64,000 nucleotides of DNA from Verrucomicrobiota bacterium (lineage in GTDB: Bacteria > Verrucomicrobiota > Verrucomicrobiia > Limisphaerales > UBA9464): positions 84,106 to 148,105 of the forward strand of contig JAXMHR010000014.1 of assembly GCA_046346705.1 (NCBI GenBank), written 5' to 3'. Below are positions 1 to 10,187 of this stretch, piece after piece. The stretch's first letter is position 1. Each line of letters opens with the position of its first letter. The position numbers and the translations under genes were made by a program. The notes beneath the pieces are model-generated. The model was given only the letters and a program-made list of their open reading frames with translations. It had not been told where the DNA came from and did not search any database.

Positions 1-2928
1 CTGCTGGCGGAGGCGACGGCCCACCGCCTCGGCCAATCCCTCGACCGGCGTGATCGGGCTCTGGATAGCCTTCGCCGCGCAGCCGCCATCGCGCCGTCCC
101 GGGAACTCCGCGACGAGGCCATCGCCGTCCTCGCCCTGCCGGAGTCCCGGCTCGAGGAGACGCTTGCCCTTGATCCCGGCATCCGCTCCTACGAGATGGA
201 CTGGGATCTCAAAAACTGCGCCCTCGGGCTGACCAACGGGGACGTGGTCATCCGGCGCCTGGTGGACGGATCGGAAGTCCGGCGACTTCGTCCCGCCGAC
301 GGCCCGGTTCCCGCAGAACAGGGCGTGCCGCTTCTGATGGATTTCTCCCACGACGGTCGTGAAATCACCGTCCGCTATGAACGCGGGGCCTTCGCCCTCT
401 GGGAAATAGAAACCGGACGCCTCCGCTTCCTCCGCGACGCCGACCGGGTGCGGCGCCCCGCCAGTCGGGCGCTGTTCAGTTCCGACGGACGCTTTGTGGT
501 CGCCCCCGTGTTTGTGCCGGACGGTTTCGCCGTGCTGGACGCGGAGACCGGACGGCAGGTGGCCAACTTCCCCGAAGTCACGTCGTTTCACCACGCCGCG
601 GTGCGACCCGGAGCGCATCAGTTCGCGGCCTACACCGAGGGGCGCATCCTGATCCTCGACTGGGATCTCGGAAAAGCCGTCGGTGAATTCGCCTTCCCGG
701 CCGGAGCGCGGAGGCTCGCGTGGAGTCCTGATGGACGGCTCCTCGCCGCGGGCGGGGATACCCTCGCCGTACGGGTGTGGAACGTGCCCGCGGGAACCTT
801 CCAGGATCTCCCTGGCCACCCGGAAATCATCTTCGATGTGCAGTTTGATCCGGACGGCCAGAAGCTCGCGACCATCGCCGCCGATGCGTCGACCCGCATC
901 TGGGATCTCCGCGAAGGCCGGCTCCTCGGACAAACCGGGGACCGCCGCCTCATCCGCTGGTCCACCGAGGGGCGCACCGGATGGAGCGTCCGTCGGAAAC
1001 ACCTCGAAGTCCGCCGCGAGATTCCCAATCCGCTCTTCACGCGCATCACGGGCGTGCCCGGGGAGGCCGACGGACTCACCATGGACCTCAGTGCCGACGG
1101 AAACTGGGCCATTTCGCGAACCGACGCCGGCGGGCTTCTGGCGTGGGATCTGACCCGGCAACGCGTGGGACCGATCCCGGGTCTGTCGGGCGTGAACTCC
1201 GCGTGTTTCGATCCCCGGGAGCTGCGCCTGTTTCTCGTCGGACCCCGGGGACTGGAATCGGTCGATCTGTCGGTGTCGGATCGCGACGGAACTCCGCGCC
1301 TGGAGGCCCACAGCCCGGTTCGCGTCCCCGGCAGTCCCGACTACGAACTGGACCTGGTCACGGTCTCGGCCGGCAGCCCCGCGGTCGCCATCGTCAAGCG
1401 ACTCGCGGGCGCCATCTGGGTGCAGGAGCGACCCGGCAACGCCGTACCGATTCAGGAGGTGCTCCACAGCAGCGTCCTCCACGAGTCCGGCAGCGCCCGG
1501 GGGACGGGCACCATCGGGCTCAGCCCCGACGGGACCTGGCTCGCGGTGGGCGCCGACGGAAACCTCGGCATCCACCTGTTCGATGCGCGGACCGGAAAGC
1601 CCCTGAGACGCATCGACGACGAGTCCGGAGGCGTCCAGTTCAGTCCGGACGGACGACGGTTCCTCGCGGCGACTCCGCAACATTGCCGGTTGTATCAGAC
1701 GGAAACATGGACCCCGATCTGGACGCATGCGGCGGAATCCCGGAGTTCCGGAGTCTCCGGTTCGGCGGCCTTGTCCCCCGTCGGCTCCCAAGTGGCGGTC
1801 GTGTCGTCCTCGCGAAGCGTGGATCTCCTCGACGGCGAAACCGGACGCAGTCTCGGACGACTGGAAGCGCCGGCCGCGTCCCCCATCAACCGGATTCGCT
1901 GGTCGGCCGACGGACAACACCTCGTGCTGTCCACGCGCGAGAACACCCTCGACCTCTGGAATCCCACCCTGCTTCGACGCGAACTGGTGTCCCTGAAGCT
2001 GGACGGGGATCTGCCGGCCGCCACAGCCCTCGCTCCGGTCTCGCTGGATCCTCCTCAGCCGCCCGGATTCCCGGGCTGGATCGCCCCCGTGACCCTGGCC
2101 ACCGCCGGCATCGTGTCGGGCATCGCCTTCCGTTCCCTCCGGCGTCATCGGCGCCTCATTGAGGAGTATGCCCGAGCCGAATCCCTCGCGACCCACCGCG
2201 AGCGCGAACTGCAGATGGAGCGCGAACTCAGCGAACTCAAGGGCCGCTTCGTCTCCATGGTCTCGCACGAGTTCCGCACACCGCTGGGCATCACCATGAG
2301 CGCGGTGGAACTGCTGGGGAACTACGCCGATCGCCTCACGCCGGAACGCCGTTCGGAACTGCTGGAGGACATCCGCGGTTCCACCCTTCGCATGGCCGGC
2401 TTGATGGAACAGGTGCTCCTCCTTGGCCGTGTCGAGTCTGGGCGACTGGATTTCCGTCCGTCCCCGCTGGATCTTCCGGACCTCCTGACCCGGCTCTCGG
2501 ACGAAATCATCTCGGCCACCCAGCACCGCTGTCCGATCCAGGTCCGGGTCGAACCCGGAATGCTCGCCGGAGCCCAGGGCGACGAATCGCTCCTGCGCCA
2601 CATCCTCTCCAATCTGCTGTCCAACGCGGTGAAATACTCCCCGGCCGGCGCCCCGGTGGAGTTGACCGCGGGACGCGATGGTGCGGACGCCGTCCTGCAA
2701 GTCCGGGACCGCGGGATCGGCATTCCCGAGGCGGATCGCGCCCGCCTTTTCGAGGCCTTTCACCGGGCGTCCAACGTCGGCCAAACGCCCGGCACGGGAC
2801 TCGGTCTCCTGATCGTGAAGCGCTGCGCCGGACTGCACCAAGGCACCCTTACCTTCGAATCAGTAGAGGGTACTGGAACGGTGTTCACCGTCCGCCTGCC
2901 GATGTTCGGGATGCCGGCGGCGGAGTAA
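1..2928 (+). CDS. WD40/beta-propeller repeat sensor histidine kinase; 5' end lies outside the window
   Basis: ORF track 196..2928 (910 aa). Translating the same frame from base 1 gives LLAEATAHRLGQSLDRRDRALDSLRRAAAIAPSRELRDEAIAVLALPE... with no stop, so the ORF is open to the left edge. WD40-like repeats (LAWSPDGRLLAAGGDTLAVRVWNV; LATIAADASTRIWDL; IRWSADGQHLVLSTRENTLDLWN). One TM helix (WIAPVTLATAGIVSGIAF). HisKA H-box SMVSHEFRTPL. HATPase_c boxes LLSNAVKYSP, DRGIGIP, GTGLGL. Confidence 0.85.
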   Translation: MLAEATAHRLGQSLDRRDRALDSLRRAAAIAPSRELRDEAIAVLALPESRLEETLALDPGIRSYEMDWDLKNCALGLTNGDVVIRRLVDGSEVRRLRPADGPVPAEQGVPLLMDFSHDGREITVRYERGAFALWEIETGRLRFLRDADRVRRPASRALFSSDGRFVVAPVFVPDGFAVLDAETGRQVANFPEVTSFHHAAVRPGAHQFAAYTEGRILILDWDLGKAVGEFAFPAGARRLAWSPDGRLLAAGGDTLAVRVWNVPAGTFQDLPGHPEIIFDVQFDPDGQKLATIAADASTRIWDLREGRLLGQTGDRRLIRWSTEGRTGWSVRRKHLEVRREIPNPLFTRITGVPGEADGLTMDLSADGNWAISRTDAGGLLAWDLTRQRVGPIPGLSGVNSACFDPRELRLFLVGPRGLESVDLSVSDRDGTPRLEAHSPVRVPGSPDYELDLVTVSAGSPAVAIVKRLAGAIWVQERPGNAVPIQEVLHSSVLHESGSARGTGTIGLSPDGTWLAVGADGNLGIHLFDARTGKPLRRIDDESGGVQFSPDGRRFLAATPQHCRLYQTETWTPIWTHAAESRSSGVSGSAALSPVGSQVAVVSSSRSVDLLDGETGRSLGRLEAPAASPINRIRWSADGQHLVLSTRENTLDLWNPTLLRRELVSLKLDGDLPAATALAPVSLDPPQPPGFPGWIAPVTLATAGIVSGIAFRSLRRHRRLIEEYARAESLATHRERELQMERELSELKGRFVSMVSHEFRTPLGITMSAVELLGNYADRLTPERRSELLEDIRGSTLRMAGLMEQVLLLGRVESGRLDFRPSPLDLPDLLTRLSDEIISATQHRCPIQVRVEPGMLAGAQGDESLLRHILSNLLSNAVKYSPAGAPVELTAGRDGADAVLQVRDRGIGIPEADRARLFEAFHRASNVGQTPGTGLGLLIVKRCAGLHQGTLTFESVEGTGTVFTVRLPMFGMPAAE

Positions 2929-3352
2929 TCCGTCCCGGCAACTGCACCCGCGCAGCCCCGCGAAGCATCGACTCCGTCACCAGCGTGTAGAGCCGCGACC
3001 ACGCGGCGCGAACCTCCAGGGTCAGTGCCGGCCCAAGGACATCCGCCAGCATCCCCTCCAATGCGGCGCCCACGACCGGATAGTGGTCGGGACGGACGCC
3101 GTACCCGGCATGCCGCTCCCCGAGTTCCGCGAGCAGTTCCTCGACAGCCCGAGTCCGGTCCAGCGACGCCATCAATGTCGCCAGGGTGTCCATGAAGCTG
3201 CGGGCCTGCAGCTCAATGTCGTCGCGAAACATCGCCCGGAGCGAAGGATCCAGCGCGAACAGACGCCGGTAGAAGATCAACGCCGCAACGTTCGCCTGCC
3301 GTTCCAGCAGGGCAAAACTCGTTCGCAGTCGATGGATCTCCTCCGTCGTCAC
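2885..3352 (-). CDS. single-domain globin (sensor-globin/bacterial haemoglobin-like)
   Basis: 155-aa ORF. Globin-type helices IFYRRLFALDPSLRAMFR and LGERHAGYGVRPDHYPVVGAALEGML (candidate proximal His). The 3' end overlaps the convergent HK gene by 44 nt. Confidence 0.7.
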   Translation of the reverse strand: MTTEEIHRLRTSFALLERQANVAALIFYRRLFALDPSLRAMFRDDIELQARSFMDTLATLMASLDRTRAVEELLAELGERHAGYGVRPDHYPVVGAALEGMLADVLGPALTLEVRAAWSRLYTLVTESMLRGAARVQLPGRITPPPASRTSAGGR

Positions 3353-3443
3353 TCATGCAACTTGTACCCAAACCTGCACCCCCGCATTCGGACTTTGGTC
3401 GGATGGCTTTTTTCCCGCCGATGCCCCAGGCTGGCGCCTCCCC

Positions 3444-4091
3444 GTGAAGCGCATCCTCATCATCGAAGACCAGGCGCCCATGCGCCGCAACCTGGCCCAA
3501 CTGCTCGAGCTCGAGGGCTACACCGTGTTGTCCGCCGACAACGGGCTGACCGGACTCGACCTCGCCCGGAAGGAGCAGCCCGACGTCATCCTGTGCGACG
3601 TGATGATGCCCGGACTCGATGGCCATGGCGTGATCCGCGCCCTGCGTGAGGACGCCACCACCACCCAGATCCCCTTCATCTTCCTCACCGCCCGCGGCGA
3701 CCGCACCGATGTGCGGACCGGCATGAACTATGGGGCGGACGACTATCTCACCAAGCCGGTGGTCCGGGATGATCTGCTGGCGGCCATTGAAACCCGCCTC
3801 GCGCGGGCCGCCGCGGTGCAGGCGGCGAACCACCACGGGGGCAACTTCAAACCCGATTTCAGTTCCGCCGCGCCATTGGAGTCCGTGCTGGGCCTCACGC
3901 CCCGCGAAGCCGAGGTGTTGCTCTGGACCGCCCAAGGCAAGAGCAACGGCGACATCGCCACCATCCTCGGCATGTCGGAGAAGACCGTGAAGCAGCATCT
4001 CGGCAGCGTCTTCCAGAAGCTCGGTGTCGAAGGCCGCACCGCCGCCACCCTCCGCGCCCTCGAAATCCTCGCCAACCTTCCCGGGAAGTAG
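3444..4091 (+). CDS. response regulator, NarL/FixJ (LuxR-HTH) family
   Basis: REC domain (RILIIEDQ..., DVILCDVMMPGLDG, YLTKP) plus C-terminal LuxR/GerE HTH (LTPREAEVLLWTAQGKSNGDIATILGMSEKTVKQHLGSVFQKLGV). GTG start. Confidence 0.9.
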   Translation: MKRILIIEDQAPMRRNLAQLLELEGYTVLSADNGLTGLDLARKEQPDVILCDVMMPGLDGHGVIRALREDATTTQIPFIFLTARGDRTDVRTGMNYGADDYLTKPVVRDDLLAAIETRLARAAAVQAANHHGGNFKPDFSSAAPLESVLGLTPREAEVLLWTAQGKSNGDIATILGMSEKTVKQHLGSVFQKLGVEGRTAATLRALEILANLPGK

Positions 4092-4197
4092 GGCCCAGAA
4101 GCCGACCCGTGGGTTTCCTTCGAAGAGTTGGTCCGGTGCCGGCAGTTGACAGGGCGGAGCGGGGAGGCGGACAGTCTTCAGACTCGATCCCCGCTGC

Positions 4198-7100
4198 ATG
4201 ATTCCGGTTTTGCCACGGTTCCTGTTTTCACGTCGATCGGCCCGCGTCGGCGGGGTCGTCCTCGCCGGGGCGCTGCTCCTCGGGCGCACGAGGGCGGCAT
4301 CGCAGGAGCGGGTGGATTTCAACCGCGACATCCGGCCGCTGCTCGCCGACCACTGTTACCAGTGCCACGGGCCCGATGCCGCCAAGCGCAAGGCTGGCCT
4401 CCGGCTCGATCAGCGGGAGGGCGCCCTCGCCAAATTGGAATCCGGCGCCGCCGCCATTGCCCCGGGCAATCCGGCCGCCTCGTCGTTGCTCCATCGAATC
4501 GAAAGCACGGACGACGAGGAACGCATGCCGCCGGCAAAGACCGGAAAGACCCTTTCCCCGGAACAGAGATCCCTGCTGAAGCGCTGGATCGCGGAGGGCG
4601 CGGAATGGAAACCGCACTGGGCCTACATTCCCCCGGTCCGTCCCGCGATCCCAACCATCACCCACACGAATTGGCCGCGGAATGACCTCGACCGGTTCGT
4701 GCTCGCGCGCCTGGAGAAGGAGGGCTTGGAACCGTCCCCGGAGGCGGATCGCCGGACCTTGGCGCGGCGCGTGTCGTTGGATCTGACCGGACTCCCCCCG
4801 ACTCCCGACGAAGTGGATGCGTTCTTGTCTGATCCCTCGGACGGCGCCTACGAGAAGCTCGTGGACCGGCTTCTGGCGGCTCCCGAATACGGTGAACGCA
4901 TGGCGGTTCCGTGGCTGGACCTGGCGCGGTTTGCGGACAGCGATGGCTATCACGCGGACGTGCCGCGCTCGATGTGGCAGTATCGCGACTGGGTGATCCG
5001 GGCCTTCAACCGGAACCAGCCCTTCGACCAGTTTGTGGTGGAACAGCTCGCCGGGGACCTCCTGCCGAACGCGACGCTCGACCAGCGCATTGCCACCGCC
5101 TTCAACCGAAACGGCATGTCCAGCACCGAGGGCGGCGCGGACCCCGACGAGTACATGAACAAGTACGTGACCGACCGGGTGAACACCTTCGGCACGGTCT
5201 TCCTCGGCTCGTCCGTCCAGTGCGCCGAATGCCACAACCACAAGTACGATCCCTTCACCCAGCGCGAGTACTACCAGCTCTACGACTTCTTCAATCGCAT
5301 CCCGGAGAAGGGACTCGACAGTGATCCGGCGCCGCCCTTCGTGAAAGTGCCCGCCCACGCCCACCCACCGGCGCTGGACGCGGCCCGGGCCGACGTCCGT
5401 GAACGTGCGGCCGCACTGGACGCCGTCCTCGCGGCGGCACGTCCTGACTGGGATCTGGAACAGCGCGCCTGGGAGGGCGAACTCACGGATGGAACTGGAT
5501 TTGGAAACGGACTGAAGCTCGGACCCTGGTCCCGCGTGGGACCCTTTGCCGCGGCGGAACCGAAGGCTGCGTTTGCCCGGGAGTTCGGTCCGGAGAAGGG
5601 CTTCGACCCGGCGGCGAAATTCCGGTCCGGCACCCAGTATCTCACCTGGACCCCGCAGCCGGACTGGAAGGACGGCGTGGTGGTGACGCTGCCGGAGGAT
5701 CTCGGGGCCACCTACCTGCGCCGGATCCTCACCGCCGACTCGGCCCGGACCGTGCCGTTCTACCTCGGCAGCGACGATGCCCTGCGCGTGTGGTTGAACG
5801 GAAAGGAACTCCTCGCCAAGGATGTCAACCGCGGGGCCGCCGCCAACCAGGACGAGGTAAAGGCCGAGCTTCGCGCCGGGGAGAATGAGCTGTTGCTCAA
5901 GGTGGTGAACTATGCCGCGGGCGCGGGATTCTATTTCTCCACGGATCGCGATGCCGAGGATGAAACGCGGAAGAAGCTTCGCGAACTGGCGCGCCTGCCC
6001 ACGACGGAGCGCACCGCAGACCAGGCCACCGCATTGCGCCGGGCCTTTCGCGAGACCCGGATCCCGGAGGTCCGCCAGCGCGCCGCCGAACTGGCCGTGG
6101 CGCGCAAACGGGAATCCGACGCCGACAAGGCCATCCCGACCCTGCGCATCATGGAGGAGATGGCGGAGCCCCGGGCGAGCCACATCCGGATCCGAGGTGA
6201 CTACCGCGCCAAGGGTGAACAGGTCACCGCCGGCGTGCCCGTGAGCTGTCTCCCGGCCGCGCGGTTCAACGGGCGCACTAACCGACTCGACCTCGCCCGA
6301 TGGCTGGTGGATCCCGGTCATCCGCTGACCGCGCGCGTCGCGGTGAACCGGTTCTGGGCACTGTTCTTCCCGAATCCGCTGGTGAAGACGGCGAATGAGT
6401 TCGGGACCAACGGCGAGCTGCCGTCGCATCCGGACCTGCTCGATTGGCTGGCCCGGGACTTCGCGGACGGCGGCTGGGACACGAAAGCGCTGCTGAAGAA
6501 GATCGTGATGAGCGCCACCTACCGGCAGACGTCCGCCGTGACGCCCGAACGCCTCGCGCGGGATCCGCAGAACCGACTGCTGGCGCGCGGACCCCGGTTC
6601 CGTCTGCCCGCCGAGATGATCCGTGACCAGGCCCTGGCGGTGAGCGGACTGCTTGTCCGCAAGACCGGCGGGCCGAGTGTGCGTCCGTACCAGCCGCCCG
6701 GCTTGTGGGAGGAGAAGATGTTCGCCGGAAACAAATACGAGGTCGGAACCGGGGACGAGCTGTACCGCCGCAGCCTCTACACCCTCTGGAAGCGCACGGT
6801 GCCCAATCCCACGCTCCAGACCTTCGACGCGCCCGACCGGGCGCTCTGCACGGTGCAGCGTCCCAACACCTGCACGCCGCTGCAGGCCTTCGTCACCCTC
6901 AACGACGTCACCTACGTCGAGGCCGCCCGCGTGTTTGCCCAGCGCATCCTCGGCGAGTCCCCCGCAGCCACCACACCGGCGCGACTGGAGTTCGCCATGA
7001 AGACGGCCCTGGGACGTCCGCCGTCGAAACGCGAGCAGCAGGTCCTCGCCGCGGTGCTGGACGATGTGCGCCGCGCCTATGTCGACGACGGGAAGTCTGC

Positions 7101-7224
7101 GGACGCCGTCACGCGCCTCGGCCGGGCCGACCGTCCCGGGAACGCCCCGGTGGCGGAGCTCGCCGCCTGGACGGGCGTGGCGAACGTGATTCTCAACCTC
7201 GATGAAACCGTGACGCGCGAGTAG
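4198..7224 (+). CDS. PSCyt1/DUF1549/DUF1553 family protein (planctomycete-type cytochrome c domain protein)
   Basis: 1008 aa. N-terminal hydrophobic signal, CYQCHGPD haem-c motif, DUF1549-like [17 protein letters not shown] and [15 protein letters not shown]1553-like C-terminal part. Central beta-sandwich-like insert ([18 protein letters not shown]...[17 protein letters not shown]). Stop lies 2 nt before the DUF1501 gene. Confidence 0.85.
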   Translation: MIPVLPRFLFSRRSARVGGVVLAGALLLGRTRAASQERVDFNRDIRPLLADHCYQCHGPDAAKRKAGLRLDQREGALAKLESGAAAIAPGNPAASSLLHRIESTDDEERMPPAKTGKTLSPEQRSLLKRWIAEGAEWKPHWAYIPPVRPAIPTITHTNWPRNDLDRFVLARLEKEGLEPSPEADRRTLARRVSLDLTGLPPTPDEVDAFLSDPSDGAYEKLVDRLLAAPEYGERMAVPWLDLARFADSDGYHADVPRSMWQYRDWVIRAFNRNQPFDQFVVEQLAGDLLPNATLDQRIATAFNRNGMSSTEGGADPDEYMNKYVTDRVNTFGTVFLGSSVQCAECHNHKYDPFTQREYYQLYDFFNRIPEKGLDSDPAPPFVKVPAHAHPPALDAARADVRERAAALDAVLAAARPDWDLEQRAWEGELTDGTGFGNGLKLGPWSRVGPFAAAEPKAAFAREFGPEKGFDPAAKFRSGTQYLTWTPQPDWKDGVVVTLPEDLGATYLRRILTADSARTVPFYLGSDDALRVWLNGKELLAKDVNRGAAANQDEVKAELRAGENELLLKVVNYAAGAGFYFSTDRDAEDETRKKLRELARLPTTERTADQATALRRAFRETRIPEVRQRAAELAVARKRESDADKAIPTLRIMEEMAEPRASHIRIRGDYRAKGEQVTAGVPVSCLPAARFNGRTNRLDLARWLVDPGHPLTARVAVNRFWALFFPNPLVKTANEFGTNGELPSHPDLLDWLARDFADGGWDTKALLKKIVMSATYRQTSAVTPERLARDPQNRLLARGPRFRLPAEMIRDQALAVSGLLVRKTGGPSVRPYQPPGLWEEKMFAGNKYEVGTGDELYRRSLYTLWKRTVPNPTLQTFDAPDRALCTVQRPNTCTPLQAFVTLNDVTYVEAARVFAQRILGESPAATTPARLEFAMKTALGRPPSKREQQVLAAVLDDVRRAYVDDGKSADAVTRLGRADRPGNAPVAELAAWTGVANVILNLDETVTRE

Positions 7225-7226
7225 CC

Positions 7227-8672
7227 ATGAACCTCCTGGATTCCCTGCCCCAGCAACTCACCCGGCGGCACTTCTTCGGACACGGCGCGCGCGGCATCGG
7301 TGTCGCTGCTCTGGCCTCCCTGCTTCGTCCCTCCGCGGTTTCCGCCGACGCCCCGGTCACCGCGACCGCCGCCGGCGTGGTCCACCCGCTGCATCGCACC
7401 CCGAAGGCCAAACGCGTCATCTACCTGTTCCAGTCGGGCGCGCCCTCCCAGCTCGATCTCTACGACTACAAGCCGACGCTGATCGCGATGAACGGCAAGC
7501 CGATGCCGGAGAGTCTGACCAAAGGCCAGCGCATCGCGCAGCTCATGGGGCAGCCGCTGAATTGCGTCGGCACCAAGTTCGCCTTCAAACGGCACGGCCA
7601 GTCCGGCGCGGAAATTTCGGAACTGCTGCCGCACATCGGCTCCATTGCGGACGAGATCGCCATCATCCGGTCCATGCACACCGAGGCGATCAACCACGAC
7701 CCCGGGGTCACCCTGATGCAGACGGGACACCAGCAGGCGGGCCGCCCGGCGATGGGCGCCTGGGTTTCCTACGGACTGGGCAGCGAGAACCATCAACTGC
7801 CGGCGTTTGTCGTGCTGGCGTCGGGGTTCGGACAGGACCAGCCCCTGCTTACGCGCTACTGGGGCAGCGGCTTTCTTCCGACGAGCCATCAGGGCGTCGA
7901 ATTCCGGTCCGGCGCGGAACCCATCCTGTTCGTCAACAATCCGGACGGCATCACCCCGCAGATCCGACGACGCCTGATCGACGGCGCGCGGGACCTGAAT
8001 GCCCTGCATCTCGGCGCGGTGGGCGATCCGGAGATTGCCACGCGGATCGCGTCCTATGAGATGGCCTATCGCATGCAGTCCAGCGTGCCCGAGTTGATGG
8101 ACCTGTCGAAGGAACCGCGGCATGTGCTGGAGGAATACGGGGCCGAGCCGGGCAAATCGTCCTACGCCAACAACTGCCTGCTCGCGCGGCGCCTTGCCGA
8201 GCGCGATGTGCGGTTCATCCAACTCTATCACCGCGGCTGGGATCATCACAACAACCTGCCGGGCGACATTGCGAAGACGGCGCAGGCGGTGGACCGACCC
8301 ACGGCCGCGCTGATCCGGGATCTCAAGCAACGCGGATTGCTGGAGGACACTCTGGTGATCTGGGGCGGGGAGTTCGGCCGCACCCCGATGAACCAGGGCG
8401 ATACGGCCAACGGCAACTACGGACGCGATCACCACATGAAGGCGTTCTCGCTCTGGATGGCGGGCGGCGGCGTGCGCGGCGGGGTGACCCACGGGGCGAC
8501 GGACGATTTCGGGTACAACGCGGTGGAGGATCCGGTCCACGCCAATGATTTCCAGGCCACGATCCTGCACCTGCTGGGCATCGAGCACACGCAGTTCACC
8601 TATCGGTTCCAGGGCCGCGACTACCGGCTCACTGATATCGGCGGGGAAGTCGTGCGCAAGATTCTGGCCTGA
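7227..8672 (+). CDS. DUF1501 family protein (sulfatase-fold), Tat signal
   Basis: 481 aa. Twin-arginine signal LTRRHFFGHGARGIGVAAL. DUF1501 hallmarks WGGEFGRTP and GRDHH. Classic partner of the preceding PSCyt/DUF1553 gene. Confidence 0.85.
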   Translation: MNLLDSLPQQLTRRHFFGHGARGIGVAALASLLRPSAVSADAPVTATAAGVVHPLHRTPKAKRVIYLFQSGAPSQLDLYDYKPTLIAMNGKPMPESLTKGQRIAQLMGQPLNCVGTKFAFKRHGQSGAEISELLPHIGSIADEIAIIRSMHTEAINHDPGVTLMQTGHQQAGRPAMGAWVSYGLGSENHQLPAFVVLASGFGQDQPLLTRYWGSGFLPTSHQGVEFRSGAEPILFVNNPDGITPQIRRRLIDGARDLNALHLGAVGDPEIATRIASYEMAYRMQSSVPELMDLSKEPRHVLEEYGAEPGKSSYANNCLLARRLAERDVRFIQLYHRGWDHHNNLPGDIAKTAQAVDRPTAALIRDLKQRGLLEDTLVIWGGEFGRTPMNQGDTANGNYGRDHHMKAFSLWMAGGGVRGGVTHGATDDFGYNAVEDPVHANDFQATILHLLGIEHTQFTYRFQGRDYRLTDIGGEVVRKILA

Positions 8673-8902
8673 GCGAAGCCTCTTGGAGCGGGAGCGTTCT
8701 CCCGAGCGCGACTCGTGCTGGGTCGTCCCACACTTCGGGGCAACCCGACATACCGGGGGCTCTGCTCTCGAATTCTCCAAAAGTGTCTGTTTGGTACGGT
8801 CGACGTGCGGTCGCTCTGGATCCAAGTTCCCTGCCACTCATTGTGCGACACCTGCCCCGCGCCGTGTCACCGTCGATAACACGAAAGTCCGCCCTCGGCG
8901 CT

Positions 8903-10165
8903 TCAACGGGAACGGTGGGCGTCGACGCCGGACTGCAAGGCCTCCAGTTCCTGGCGTGCGATCGGGGCGTAGTCGTATTGTTCGACAAAGGTCCGTCCTT
9001 CGCGGGCCCGCTGGAGCCGGGCTTGGTCATTTCCTAGCCAATGCAGAACCCGCTCCGCGGCACGGGTGGTGTCCCCGAGGGGCACCAGATCCAGCTGTCC
9101 CGGGAAGACGTGGTCAAAGATGGGTAGATGCATCGCCACCACCGGCATTCCGAAGCCCAGGCATTCGGTCACCGAAAGCCCCCAGCCTTCCTCGCGGGAG
9201 AGGCTTAATCCGACCCTGCAGCGTTGCATCAGGCGGTTCTTTTCGGCGTCCGGAATACCGCCGGTGAACTGGATTGAATCCGCGAGTCCGGCGTCGGCAC
9301 AGCGCCGCTGAAGTTCCCCGCGGTCGGGTCCTTCACCGATGACGAGCAGCTGGGAACCGGGGCGGCGCGATCGCACCTCCTGCCAGAGCGCGGGGACGTC
9401 GAAGACCCCCTTGTGCCGGTGAACCCGTCCGAGCAGCACCGCGTCGAATTCCTTGGGTTCCTCCGCGCTGTAGGGAACCTCGGTGAAATCGAGTCCATAT
9501 CCGACGACCGCGGTGGGACGCGGTGTCAGTCCGAGTCGCTGCTCAAGCCTTGCGAAGTCCGCGGCGACCGGGGGCGTGCTGCATAGAATGACGTCCGCCC
9601 GGCGGTTCAGCAGCCGGACACTCCAGCGTTCGGAAAGGAGATACAGCTGGTCGAAAAATCCGGCCCGGCTCCCCTGGGCGTCGAGCACATGATGGACCTT
9701 GGCTGCGAAGGCGGCGCCAATTCTTCGGGCGATCCGTCGGGACGGGTAGGTCTCAAAAATCGCCTGGCAGCAGGCGTAGACCACGTCGTAATCCCGGGGA
9801 ATTCTCGCAGTGAACCCGGTGAACATTCTCCAGGCGTACGGGAAAAAGTAGCGCCACGTTTGTCCGAGATGTCCGGTCGCATCAAAGAGGTCGTCCGAGC
9901 TGATCAGCTTCGAGTGCGGATAAAGATCCCGGAACACCGGCCAGGCCGCCCGGGCCACGAAGAAATCCACCGTGTGCCCCTGGGCGACCCAGTGCCGGCA
10001 AACGCCGGCGAAATGGCGTTGGACACCCGAGACGGATTTCCCGTCCAGGGCGGTGTTGTAAACAATCAGGATGCGCACCCGCGGTGCACCATGCCGGGGG
10101 GATGGGGCCGGCTCAAGCCGGATGGATTCCGCCGCGACGTTTGACTCGGAGGGCCGGGTCGTCAC
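8903..10165 (-). CDS. glycosyltransferase, GT4 (GT-B fold) family
   Basis: 420 aa. C-terminal GT4 E-x7-E region SREEGWGLSVTECLGFGMPVVA, N-terminal RILIVYN. The start is uncertain: an in-frame GTG at 10078 is an alternative, because the annotated ATG leaves only 22 nt to the divergent gene. Confidence 0.8.
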   Translation of the reverse strand: MTTRPSESNVAAESIRLEPAPSPRHGAPRVRILIVYNTALDGKSVSGVQRHFAGVCRHWVAQGHTVDFFVARAAWPVFRDLYPHSKLISSDDLFDATGHLGQTWRYFFPYAWRMFTGFTARIPRDYDVVYACCQAIFETYPSRRIARRIGAAFAAKVHHVLDAQGSRAGFFDQLYLLSERWSVRLLNRRADVILCSTPPVAADFARLEQRLGLTPRPTAVVGYGLDFTEVPYSAEEPKEFDAVLLGRVHRHKGVFDVPALWQEVRSRRPGSQLLVIGEGPDRGELQRRCADAGLADSIQFTGGIPDAEKNRLMQRCRVGLSLSREEGWGLSVTECLGFGMPVVAMHLPIFDHVFPGQLDLVPLGDTTRAAERVLHWLGNDQARLQRAREGRTFVEQYDYAPIARQELEALQSGVDAHRSR

Positions 10166-10187
10166 AGTCCTTCGTCCTGCGCCTGGA

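Noticed and set aside
4228-6429. 733-aa minus-strand ORF antisense to the PSCyt/DUF1553 gene. Similar long antisense ORFs occur at 7077-8837 (-), 22293-23600 (-), 25238-26218 (-), 34702-36375 (+), 39363-40955 (+), 48354-49862 (-) and 50799-52652 (-).
   Set aside because: Each lies fully inside a gene with clear family motifs on the other strand. Their translations are Arg/Gly/Pro/Ala-rich with no recognisable motifs. That is the expected stop-codon-depleted shadow-ORF artefact of a high-GC genome.
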